A stretch of DNA of 64,000 nucleotides from Octopus vulgaris (Eukaryota), in the NCBI GenBank assembly GCA_951406725.2, contig OX597815.1:165788001-165852000 (forward strand). Reading direction: 5' to 3'. This document shows positions 41,529 to 53,695 of the stretch, piece by piece. Position 1 is the stretch's first letter. Each line of letters starts with the position of its first letter. The notes below the pieces were generated by a model, which saw nothing but the letters and a program-made list of their open reading frames with translations, had not been told where the DNA came from and searched no databases. The translations under genes and the position numbers were made by a program.

Positions 41529-42300
41529 GAAGGCGTATGGCTCAGTGGCTAGAGCTTCAATCTTACGATCGTGAGATTGTGAGTTCAAACCCCGGACCGG
41601 GTTGCGTGTTGTGTTCTTGAGCAAGACACTTTATTTCACGCTGCTCCAGTTCACTCAGCTGTAGAAATGAGTTGCGATGTCACAAGTGCCAAGCTGTATC
41701 GGACTTTGCCTTTCCCTTGGATAACACATGTGGCGTAGAGAGGGGAAGCCGGTATGCATGGGCGACTGCTGGTCTTCCATAAACAACCTTGCCCGGACTT
41801 GTGCCTGGGAGGGTAACTTTCTAGGTGCAATCCCATGGTCGAAGGGGGTCTCATAGTTATTGTTATTATTATCATATTTATCCTAAGCTGAAAGGAGTTC
41901 CCCGTTGTATAACCATATCATCGAATTACCATATGCGTTTAATCGATATATATATATAAAGAGCTCCCTTTCGCCTTCGGTCATGAATGACCATCAGATT
42001 GCCCCTAGAAAGTTGCCCCGCGAGGCACAAGTCAGAGCAAGGTTGTCTACGAAAGACCAGCAGTGACCCATGCATAGCACCCTCACCTCTCCACGCCACC
42101 GATGTTGTCCAAGGAAAAGGAAGAGGCTGATATAGCTTGGCACCAATGACGGTGTGACTCATTTCTACAGCTGAGTGAACTGGAGCAACATGAAATAAAG
42201 TGTCTTGCTCAAGAACACAACACGCAGCCCGGTTCGGGAATCGAACTCACTACCTCATGATTGTGAGCCGGACGCTCTAACCACTGAGCCATGTACCTTG
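41529..42300. mobile_element. Tail-to-tail pair of tRNA-derived SINE family D (41529-41850 +, 41965-42300 -)
   Basis: Head tggctcagtggttagagc, body ttgagcaagacactttatttca; further copies at 37855-38161 (-) and a relative at 14440-14760. Confidence 0.78.
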
Positions 42301-42956
42301 AAACACACACACAAACGCACACACACACGCACGCACGCACACACGCACGCACACATACATATCGACCCCAGGACTTATTCCTTAAGCCTAGTATTTATTC
42401 TATCGGTCCTTTTTGCCGAATTACTAAGTTTCGGGACGTAAACACACCAACACCGGTTGTCAAGCGGTGATTGGGGGGGGGACAAACGCATACACAAACA
42501 CACACATAAGTATATACATATACGATATACCACGGGCTTCTCTCAGTTTCCGTTTACCAAATCAACTCACAAGGCTTTGGTCAGCCCGCGGCTATAGTAA
42601 AAGACACTTGCCCAAGGTGCCACGCAGTGGGACTGAACCTGGAACCATGTGGTTAGGAAGCAAGCTTTTTACGACACAGCCTCGCCTACACATATATATA
42701 TATATTTCTTTACTACCCACAAGAGGCTAAACATAGATAGGACAAACAAGGACGGACAAAGGGATTAAGTCGATTACATTGACCCCAGTGCGTAACTGGT
42801 ACTTAATTTATCGACCCCGAAAGGATGAAAGGTAAAGTCGACCTCGACGGAATTTGAACTCAGAACGTAACGGCAGACGAAATACGGCTACGCATTTCGC
42901 CCGGCGTGCTAACGTTTCTGCCAGCTCGCCGTCTTCTTGAAATATATATATATATA

Positions 42957-43036
<80 letters not shown>

Positions 43037-44119
43037 GTGTGCAGTGGGGGAGGAAAGGGGTATGAGAAGCACGGCTGTTGGCAAGGTTTACTTCTCGTTA
43101 CCATATCCAATCAAAATTAGAGCTGGTTTATTTCACTTATACTTGTAATGTCTTTAAGAAAGGCATGAATCTAACTCATTATTTTTAAAGACCCACCAGT
43201 AAATATGTAGACTTATGTCACAGAAGTAACTCAACGTTCTTTCTAGACTAAAACAAAGTAACGATTTTTAAAAGATTTTTTTCTCTTCCCAAACCCTTCA
43301 CCACTATTTCTGTGCATTGATAACGGAGAGCTGTACATTATAATCGATTGTAATTCTTAGAGTAACAGTCAATAATATCAATATTCACTTCTCATTTAGC
43401 TCCTTCCATTAAAACAAAAATAATTGATTAAGTTCCACGCCTAGTATTGATTTGTTTCTTAGGTACAATGTCAATATATTTAGTAGGGGTGGGGATAGAT
43501 AATTGAATCGACTCATTTTATTGATTTTCAAACACTGACATAGTTTGTAAAGGAAAGGTGGAGTGGGATATTTATTTATTTATTTATTTATTGATGGAAT
43601 TGATTCCATATAGTGCCTGGTAATTACTTTATTACACTTGGAGGGATAAAACACAATGTTGACCTCCCAGTGGGAAATGAACTCGGAACGTAGAGAGATA
43701 AAACAGTAAAACCCGTAGTGCTCTACCGCTTCCGCCAAATTACTAATGTAATCGTAGTTTCTTTTGATCGTGTTTTTAAAAACTATTTTGAAATAACTTT
43801 AAAGGAAACGAATCGAAACAAATGGTCGTGCGGCATCTCACTGTTCTAAGTTCAAATCCCGATGATTGATTTCTTTTTTTCCCACCGTTTTTTTTTTTTT
43901 TTTCCTTTCGTCCATCTGGGAGTCGATAAAATAATTATCAATCAAATACCGGGTGAATTCGATTAACTGTATCCCTTCACTACATGTATGTGGCATTGTG
44001 CCAGACTTAAACATTACTATTTAACAAAACATTTACGGTTAAAGAGAGAAAGAAACTTTAAATGAAAAGAAGGGTTAAAAAGAAAAACAAATTAAACATT
44101 TCAAATATTTTTTATTATT

Positions 44120-44340
44120 GATTTCAAATTTTGGCACAATGCCAGCAATTTCGGGGATGGAGTAAGTCGATTGCATCGACCCCAGTGTTTCACTGATACT
44201 TATTTTTATCGACCCCGAAAGGTTTGAAGGCAAAGTTGCCCTCAGTGGAATTTTAACTAAGAGCGTGAAGACGGACAAAATGCCGCTAAGCATTTCGCCC
44301 AGCGTGCTAACGACTCTGCCAGCTCGTCGCCTTACACCCA

Positions 44341-44408
<68 letters not shown>

Positions 44409-45906
44409 GTTTTTAATGTATGGTGGCGAGCTGGCTGGACAAATGCTTAGTAGTATTTCGCCTGTCGCTGCGTTCTGAGTTCAAATTCCGCCGAGGTAGG
44501 CTTTGCTTTTCACCCTTTCGGAGTCGATAAATTAAGTACCAGTTGCGTACTGGAGTCAATCTAATCGACTAGTTTCCTTCCTACCAAATTTCAGCCCTTG
44601 TGCCTAGAGTAGATTATTATTGGTTTTTAATGTAAAGTGGCAAGCTGGCAGAGTCGTTAGCACGCTGGACGAAATGCTTAGAAGTATTTCGTCTGCCGTT
44701 ACGTTCTGAGTTCTAATTCCGCCGAGGTCGACTTTGCCTTTCATCATTTCGGGGTCGATAAATTAAGGACCAGTTACGCACTGGGGTCGATATAATCGAC
44801 TTAATCCGTTTGTCTATCCTTGTTTGTCCTCTGTGTTTAGCCCCTTGTGGGTAGTAAAGAAATAGGTATTTCGTCCGTCGCTGCGTTCTGAGTTCAAATT
44901 CCGCCGAGGTCGACTTTGCCTTTCATCCTTTCGGGGTTGATAAATTAAGTACCAGTTGCGTCCTGGGGTCGATCTAATCGACTAGTCTCCTTCCCCGCAA
45001 ATTTCGGGCCTTGTGCCTAGAGTAGAAAAGATTATTATTAGTTTTTAACGTAAGGTGGCAAACTGGCAGAGTCGTTAGCACGCTGGACGAAATGTTTAGA
45101 GGTATTTCGTCTGTCGCTGAGCTCTGAGTTCAAATTCCGCCGAGGTCGACTTTGCCTTTCATCATTTCGGAGTCGATAAAATAGGTAGCCGTGAAACACT
45201 GAGATCGATGTAATCGACTAGTCTCCTTCCCACCAAATTCCAGGCTTTGTACCTGGTAGAAAAGATTATTGGTTTTAAGCTAAGAAACATACTTATAGGT
45301 TTTTATTTGGGCACAAGGCTAGCAAGTTCGGGGACAGAGGTAAGTTAATTACAACGACCGCAGTGCTCAAATGATACTTATGTTATCGACCCCCGTGCTC
45401 AACTGGTACTTATTTCATCTACCCCGGAAAGGATGAAAGACGATCTCGGCGGAATTTGAACGACTAATGTAAGGACGAAATGCCACTAAACATTTTGTCC
45501 GATGTGCTAACGATTATTTTCTATTCTAGGCACAAAATTTTTGGGGGAAGGGGACCAGTCGTTTAGATCGAACCCAGTACGCAACTGGTACTTAATTTAT
45601 CGACCTTGAAAAGATGAAAGCAAAGTCAACCTCGGCGGAATTTGAACTCAGAATATATAGACAGACGAAATACCTATTTCTTTACTACCCACAAGGGGCT
45701 AAACACAGAAAGGACAAACAATGACAGAGAAACGGATTAAGTCGATTATATCGACCCCAGTGCGTAACTGGTACTTATTTAATCGACCCCGAAAGGATTA
45801 AAGGCAAAGTCGACCTCGGCGGAATTTGAACTCAGAACGTAACGGCAGTCGAAATACCGCTAAGCATTCCGGCCAGCGTACTAACGATTCTGCCAGCTCG
45901 CCGCCT
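44120..45906. mobile_element. Dense cluster of about 8 SINE family B units in both orientations
   Basis: 44120-44332 (-), 44422-45270 (+, 4 units), 45300-45906 (-, 3 units). Confidence 0.82.
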
Positions 45907-46146
45907 TGTATTTATTGATAAAGAATATAACATTAAATGTTATTATTCTATTATATCTTGTTCTTAAATTTACATTTCAACAAATAAAGAGGAAGATAGT
46001 AGTGCTTTACAACAAGGGTCCCTAACCTCTGACCGAGGCATGTTGTAATCAGTAGCAATTCGTCACTCTTTAATGTTGTGATCGAATTTCCCTTCGCTGT
46101 TTCTTCAGTTGGGAGCCTTATCTCAACTATGCTAGAGCTACTTCCT

Positions 46147-46191
<45 letters not shown>

Positions 46192-46202
46192 CAGCATGTT
46201 TA

Positions 46203-46399
46203 CCTCGTGAAAACCAGTCGCGTTTTTTTCCCTCCGTCCGCCCGCCTCGGGATCTTTCTTTCTCTTTTGTTTCCGACGAAGAGCTCGGATCGAAACGTCA
46301 TACCCTCCTTCTTCCCGTTTTCCTGAGCGCCTAATACTAATACTTTAATTGTTCTACCTCCTTGTGTTGTTGTTTTTTCTGTTTTCTCTTTTTGGATTA

Positions 46400-46439
<40 letters not shown>

Positions 46440-46635
46440 TAATCCAAACAAGAAAACAAAAAGACAACAACGCGAGGATGTGGAACAAATAAAGTATTAT
46501 TGGACGCTCAGGAAAGAAGGGAAGAAGGAGGGTATGACGTTTCGAGCGGAGCGCTTCGTCGGAAACAGGAGAAAGAAAGATCCCGAGACTGGAGGACAGA
46601 GGGAAAAAAAAAATTGCAGGTAGTCTTCACGAGGT
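46203..46635. mobile_element. Two Penelope-type terminal fragments tail-to-tail around (TA)n, each with a hammerhead-like motif (46270-46303 +, 46533-46566 -)
   Basis: Arms 46203-46405 and 46440-46635 are diverged reverse complements; both carry CCGACGAA-g(a/c)gc...g(a/c)tc-GAAACGTC; same family as 18480-18680. Confidence 0.55.
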
Positions 46636-48027
46636 CACATACTAAAAAGACAGAAATGGTAAAAAAGGAGGAAAATGTTTTTAAAAACAGGGGAGCTGAA
46701 TCAAAGAAGGAATGGTAAAAAAGGTGTGCGGGATGACAAGGGTGTGTGTGTGAGTGTATGCGTGTGTGTGTGTATGTGTGTGTATGGTGGACAATGGCTA
46801 GTGGCAGGCAGTAGTAGAATTAAAGGAGTGGTGTGGGGGTACCCTAGCAAGTCAGAAAGGCAGGTCAGAAACAGGGAGGTATGTGTGTGTGCGTGTATAT
46901 GTATCGTGTGTGTGTTTTGTTGTAGTATGTGTGTGTGTACGTGTGCGTTTTTTTTGTGTGCATGGCGAGTAACTGCACACAATTATACATTCCTTCCTAA
47001 ACATTCTCGACTTTCCTTTAATAACCATCAATTGCTGACGATTGTCTCTGTCAACTCCAGCTAAAGTTATACACTAAGCCGGTCTCCGAAGCTTTCGCGT
47101 CGAGAAAGACGCGTTCAGTTTCCATTAACCAGGTCTCTGCCAATGAAGGCTGTCTCGGTTGATGGCACAAATTACATATTTATGGTCTTTGTAGCTGAGC
47201 ACTTTCAATTGTGAACAACCTATTCTATCCCTCTCTACAAGCCAATGGATAATTTTCAGAAATTTCTGGTTTGGCAGAGTTACCGAGGCGAGGAGCATTG
47301 CTGGGTCGAGACAATCTCCACAGGTGTGAAAGCGTCGTTAACCGAGCGGCTTCATGAAGCGCGCAAAACGAAGAAACTGTTCTGCATGCACTCGCCCAGT
47401 CCCCGTACGTTACTAACTCGCAGAGTTATATACAAACACCTGCTGTCGCGGGTATGACGGATCTAACTTCAACTGAACCTATTGTGAAGATCGCCCTGCC
47501 GCCTTCTTTCAGCCGGGAAGGACAAGTAATCTTTATCTGTTTGATGGCCTTAGAGAAAGGACTGAAGATAGTCACTTAAAAAACTGAAAAGATTGAAGAT
47601 AGTCGCCTTCCTCTTTGACTAAGCCGTCATCGACGTTTTTTTCAAGTTCCACTTGAAAAGGAAAGTGAATGGAGACAGGTTAAGTGCATCCTTCCAGCAA
47701 ACCTGTTGAAAAGTGAACGAGAGTGGTAAGGATGATCCAAGTGAACGAACCTGTAGAAGAAGGAAGATAAGGGGAAGTCACTCACCCTCATGGTCACGAT
47801 GACCGTGGTTTTGCGAAGTTTCCACGAGCAGCCCTCGGAAGTCGTAACCCATTTGCTGGATTATTTCTTGTTTTAATTTCCTGCTTCTGATATTTTACTA
47901 TTTACTCTGTATATTGTATTATATCACCTTGTACGATCCTCGGTCTTTTTGAAAACAAAAACAAATGATAAACTGACAAACCTTTAACAGTTTGTTAAGG
48001 AAACATTATTGGCGACGATAACAATTA

Positions 48028-48420
48028 TTGGCAGAATCGTTAGCACGCCGGGCAAAATGCTTAGCGGTATTTCGTCTGCCGTTACGTTCTGAGTTCAAAT
48101 TCCGCCGAGGTCGACTTTGCCTTTCATCCTTTCGGGGTCGATTAAATAAGTACTAGTTACGCTCTGGGGTCGATATAATCAACTTAATCCGTTTGTGTGT
48201 CCTTGTTTGTCCTCTCTGTGTTTAGCCCCTTGTGGGTAGTAAAGAAATAGGTATTTCGCTCGTCGCTACGTTCTGAGTTCAAATTCCACCGAGGCAGACT
48301 TTGTCTTTCATCCTTTCGGGGTCGATAAATTAAGTACCAGTGAAGTACTGGGGTCGATGTAATCGACTAGTCCCATCCCATCAAATGTCAGGCCTTGTGA
48401 CTTTATTAGAAAGGATTATT
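48028..48420 (+). mobile_element. SINE family B dimer
   Basis: Same dimer layout as 29802-30196. Confidence 0.8.
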
Positions 48421-49081
48421 ATTGTTATTAACTAAATCTCAGCTTATCTTAAGGAGTGTAATTAAATGGAATTAAAGTACATGTTTCAGAAGCTGCATTC
48501 TGTTAGAGATAATTTTGAAAATGCTTGTTTCAGTAAGGTATTTTCGTTACATTTAAAGTAAGTTTCAAAGTATTTATTACATTTTAGGATTCTATAGGCT
48601 GGCTGAGTTGACAGAACGTCGGCAGTAAGAAGAAAGGAAAAAAAAACCCAAGAAAGCATGAAAGAGAAAGAAAGAGAGAAAGGAACAGCGACGGGAAGGA
48701 AGAAAAGTCTTTTTAATCAAGCTCAGCAAATTAAGGTTTTCTAAATAAAGTTGGCGTTCATAACTTGAAACATTATATACGTACTAATTCCACTTCACTA
48801 TCTCCATCATTTACGCTGCTCCTACAGCGCCGGATGCAAAGTAAAACTTAGTATCCTGAGACAATATATATAGTTTGCAAATTCATTCAATAATATCCAG
48901 ACCTCTATCTGTAATTTAATGATATTTGAGTTGTTATAATTTAGTTACATTTATTCGTTAGTTAGGTAGCACAGCATTCAGATAATAGGGTCTGTGTGTT
49001 ACATTTTAACGTCTACTCTATCGTTACCCTTTCGAAATGCAAAGTTACATTTTTTTTATTTTCCTAAGTGCCACGAAATTT

Positions 49082-49496
49082 GGATCTTTTCGGTTTGAAC
49101 GGCAGTTTTTTTCTAGCGGTGTCATGTGAAATTGTCACCCATAATTATGACCCTAGTATCGATCTATTGCATTTCAATCTGTTTTAGGGTTAGTTAGGAT
49201 TAGGGGTAGGGGTAAGAGTACCTTTTTTTCTTCACAAATGTAAATAAACCCAATCTGTTTCTTAAACGAGGGACATATTCATACGGCACAGAATGTTTTT
49301 AATACCTCAATAGACGTCATTGATTGGTTGAAATTGGAGAGAAAAAAAACAACAAATATCTTACAAACTGTAGAATTTTCTCAATAAAGCCAAGAGAAGA
49401 TGTTTTATAAATACATTCTACCAGTATACGAAGTTTAAAATTTTTTAGTTACGTGGAAATTATTTTTAAAAACTGCCGTTCAAACCGAAAAGATCC
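49082..49496. mobile_element. Same MITE, copy 3 (inverted)
   Basis: Same TIRs; ~34-bp flanking duplication 49046-49080 / 49497-49529. Confidence 0.85.
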
Positions 49497-49689
49497 TACA
49501 TTTTTTATCTTCCTAAGTGCCACGAAATTATTATTTGATAAGGTGATGACGTTGTACTTAATGATTACAGAGAGAGAGAGAGAGATCAATAGATAGAAAA
49601 ATAGGGTGGTACAAAAAGAGAGAGAGATAGAGAGAAGGGACAGAAATGAGAGAAAGAAAGAAAAAGGTAGAAAGGAAGAGATTGAATAA

Positions 49690-50141
49690 TTTCAACTCGA
49701 TAGGTCACGGCTGGAAGTTCTTTCATTGGCTGGGACTGGTTTGTTGGCAAACAACAAACTCAGCAAAATTTTAAGTAACTGTAGAACAGAACGAGTGCTT
49801 ACGTGTAAGGGAGATAATTAAAAGTTATTCATCTCACTCTTATATGCAAGGAGACTCAAATAAAAGCGTTCTGTAAACTTTCTCCGTGGCACCACCAACT
49901 CTTCTCGCCGACTCGTGTTGTTGTTATTATTGATGTTCTTCAGTCACAGGAACTAACACCACGACGACGGCTGCGGTTTTGACAAGTTCCACGATGCCGA
50001 CTTAAGCCAATATCTTTGGGACACATTTTAATATTTAGATAATCTCTCACACAATATTCTTTTAACGTGTGAAAAGGAGAAAAAAATATATATATTTAAT
50101 AAAAAAAAAAAACCCTTTGGTTGTTGTGAAAATCGAAAACC
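49690..50141 (+). promoter_or_regulatory. Putative promoter / 5' UTR region of SLC39A11
   Basis: Repeat-free, locally CpG-retaining sequence just upstream of the ATG; CCAAT-type motifs (attggc ~49725, gccaat ~50006). TSS not determinable. Confidence 0.4.
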
Positions 50142-50249
50142 ATGATAAAAGAATACAGTCCTCTTGTACAGGCACTGCTCGGGACTTTATTTACATGGGG
50201 CCTCACAGCAGTCGGATCGGCGCTGGTGTTTGCTTTCAGCAGTGGGCAG
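50142..50249 (+). CDS. SLC39A11: Zinc transporter ZIP11, first coding exon (MIKEYSPLVQALLGTLFTWGLTAVGSALVFAFSSGQ); downstream exons not found in window
   Basis: 36 codons from accATG to CAG|GTAAGC. Closely matches the ZIP11 N-terminus as recalled (QALLGTxFTWGxTAxGxALVFxFSSGQ). Too short for the ORF track. Confidence 0.93.
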
Positions 50250-52351
50250 GTAAGCTGATATTTCCGTAATAAATAAAAAAAAGTGTGGGGGAGCGAGGGA
50301 GAATGCTGGTGTTTAATTTGATCAATTTCTTTCCTCCCCTTTTCTTCCTGTCGTAAATAATCACTTCGTTAGGAAACTAATTAATGGGTACAAAGTATTA
50401 TGCACCTGTTTATATTGTACACATATTTACGTAAACACTTCTTCTTTGGTCTCCTACCTGCATTTATATTTCCATTGTTTTATTATGCTTCGTTACACAT
50501 CATTAAACTGTGCCGGTAACTTGAGATTGTTTTGTTTAGCCGTAGGTCAACTCTGATTGAACAGACTTATGACCAAAGATGTTCCAACTCTGACCATCCT
50601 GCCTTTTTATTTTAGATTACATAATCCGATGTGTCTTTACCTTTTTAAGACGATTGGGTGTAATTTGAGAGCTACGTGACTGACTTTTTTTTTCTAACAG
50701 ATAGATGATCACGTAGAAACTCTCTCGGTGTTTAGGAGGAGTTGAAACTTAGATTCGAAACTGTAAACACACATAACTGGATTTTTGGTAGGGTCTCTAT
50801 CAATGTTCGATCACCCCCTCATTCAGTTTAATATTTACAATTACATAGCGAATGTACGACAATTAATATAGAAATACCCGTATTCAAAATTACTTTCTCT
50901 TTCCATTCATTATTTCTCGGTACTTTGTGTTATTATTGTTTCTAATTAGCTTGCGTTTTCGTTGCTACGCCTCCTTAGAAATGGTAAAGAAACCACAGGG
51001 TAAAAAAAAAACCCTATATCCTTGTTTTTTTTAAATTTCAAATTTAAAATATTTGGGGGGTTAATGACGAAATGAGTGATGTTCTTGTGTTTATTGTTGT
51101 TCCTGTTTGACTTTTGTGGGCGATTGACAGTTTTCAACTGTTTATGGATCTATGAAAAAAAAGTATCAATATATTAGACAGTGAGGTGAAAAATAAAAAA
51201 AAAGACAACACGCGGACAACTTTTAGCAAATGTATCATTTCAGCGCTTAAAAGGAAGGGAAAGAGTGTGTGTGTGTATTTCTTAATATATATATTTAAGG
51301 AGTTAATTATTATTGCTCTAATGATATAGTGTGCTTTGAGGCGGCGAGCTGGCAGAAAAGTTAGCACGCCGGGCGAAATGCTTAGCAGTATTTCGTCAGC
51401 CTCTACGTTCTGAGTTCAAATTTCGCCGAGGTCGACTTTGCCTTTCATCCTTTCGGAGTCGATTAAATAAGTACCAGTTACGCACTGGGGTCGATATAAT
51501 CGACTTAATCCGTTTGTCTGTCCTTGTTTGTCCACTCTATATTTAGCCCCTTGCGGGTAGTAAAGAAATAGATATAGTGTGCTTTTTTTCCGGATATGTG
51601 AACTATTGACGATATCTGTGTGTGTGTGTGTGTGTAGACAAGTATGCGGATAAACAAATTAGATACGTCAAATATATGAACTATATCTATTTAGGTATGA
51701 AATGCAAAATATGTATCTATGTGTACATGCAAGACGAGAGAAAGTAAAACGTGGAGACTTTCAGATTATGAATTTTTTTTAAAGTATAAATATATAGATA
51801 TTTATATTGATTTCAAATTTTGACACAAAACGAGTAAGTTCAGGGCGTGGGTAAATCGATTATATCGACCCCAGTGCTCGACTGGTACTTACTTTATCGA
51901 CTTCGGAAGGATAAAAGTGAAAGTCGACTTCAGCGGAATTTGAACTTAGAACGAGAAGGCGGAAGAAATGCCGGTAAGCATTTTGCCCGGTTTGTTAACG
52001 ATTCTGCTAGCTCGCTGCCTTTGATATCCATGTTAATAGGTCCAAGAATACAAACGACAGAGAAAATTAGTATTTAGATATCCTCTACCTCGCTATGTTT
52101 TGGATAGTCTTCAAAATTAGCCGTGACAACAATAAAAATAAGCCCCTCTTGCATCTCAATCGACATGCGAGAAATAATAGTCAAATCTCTATTAAATCTC
52201 ATTCCACCGCCTTGAAAAGTAAAGGAAAGATACGAATGATAATGTATACCTAAATATATTATGGGAGAGAGAGAGAGAGAGAGAGAGAGAGCTGTTCACA
52301 GTTTGAATGTTATTGATCAGAAGTCTTTTCGATCAGGGCCGACGTGGAATT

Positions 52352-52750
52352 TAGGTGCAGGAGTGGCTGTGTGGTGTGGTAAGCTTGCTTACCAACCACA
52401 TGGTCATGGGTTCAGTCCCACCAGGTGGCACCTTGGGCAAGTGTCTTCTATTTTAGCCTCAGGCTGACCAAAAGCCTTGTGAGTGGATTTGGTAGACGGA
52501 AACTGGAAGAAGCCCGTCGTATATGTGTATATATGTTTGTGTGTCTGTGTTTGCCCCCACCCCACATCGCTTGACAACCGATGCTGGTGTGTTTATGTCC
52601 CCGTAACTTAGCGGTTCAGCAAAAGAGACTGATAGAATAAGTACTAGGCTTCCAAAGAATAAGCCCTGGGGTCGATTTGCTCGACTAAAGGCAGTACTTC
52701 AGCATGGCCGCAGTCAAATGACTGAAACAAGTAAAAGAATAAAAGAAAAT
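52352..52750 (+). mobile_element. SINE family A, full length
   Basis: As above. Confidence 0.82.
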
Positions 52751-52949
52751 TACTCTGAACAACAAGGAATTCTCAATGTGGCCATTTAACTTGTTATGAA
52801 TAGCAACCAAATCTCCGTCAAATTACACCCTACCATCTTAAAAAGGCATGGCACGTTCGATAATAAAATCCCAGATACACAATTCCCAACCAAAATACAG
52901 TATGGTCATAACTAGAATGCCCTTGATCATAGGTTGACTTTATTCTTTC

Positions 52950-53220
52950 ACGCTCAGGCTTCTTGAAGCGTGGAAAAACTATCTGTCTTGGCTTTGCGTT
53001 AGCTATCAGGACAATGCAGCCTTCAAAAATTCCATGCTTCTCAAATTTTCCCTTTTTTGCTCTTTTACTATCTGTCTGCTTTGTTCTATGTACTGTGCAT
53101 GTACTTTTCATCGCTTTCTTTGCTGTCTTTCATTGTTTGACTTACTGCTGTTTTCTGTCCCCTCTTTTACTTTTTCCTGATGAGTTGTAGAACACATGGG
53201 CACTGTATACAACAAACTAA
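52950..53220 (+). mobile_element. Probable Penelope-like 3' fragment with decayed hammerhead
   Basis: Translation LKRGKTICLGFALAIRTMQPS resembles the GIY-YIG C-terminus (EALxIxxxxPSLN); followed by CTGATGA-gttgta...tacaac-AAAC at 53177-53217. Confidence 0.45.
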
Positions 53221-53277
53221 TTATTATTATTAAAGACAACATGAAAGTGGTGAGCAGGCAGAATTATTAGCATGCCA

Positions 53278-53695
53278 TAGGCGTAGGAGTGGCTGTGTTG
53301 TAAGTAGCTTGCTTACTGACCACATGGTTCTGGGTTCAGTCCCACTGCGTGGCACCTTGGGCAAGTGTCTTCTACTATAGCCTCAGGCCGACCAAAGCCT
53401 TGTGAGTGGATTTGGTAGATGGAAACTGAAAGAAGCCTGTCATATATATGTATATATATATATATATTTATATATGTATGTGTGTGTATATGTTTGTGTG
53501 TCTGTGTTTGTCCCTCCAACATCGCTTGACAACTGATGCTGGTGTGTTTACGTCCCCGTAACAGTGGTTTGGCAAAAGAGACCGATAGAATAAGTACTAG
53601 GCTTACAAAGAATAAATCCCTGGGTCGATTTGCTCAACTAAAGGCGGTGCTCCAGCATGGCAACAGTCAAATGACTGAAACAAGTAAAAGAGTAT
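53278..53695 (+). mobile_element. SINE family A, full length
   Basis: As above. Confidence 0.82.

Noticed and set aside
46070-46120. Additional minus-strand hammerhead (CTGAAGA...GAAATTCGATC)
   Set aside because: No convincing helix I or helix II.
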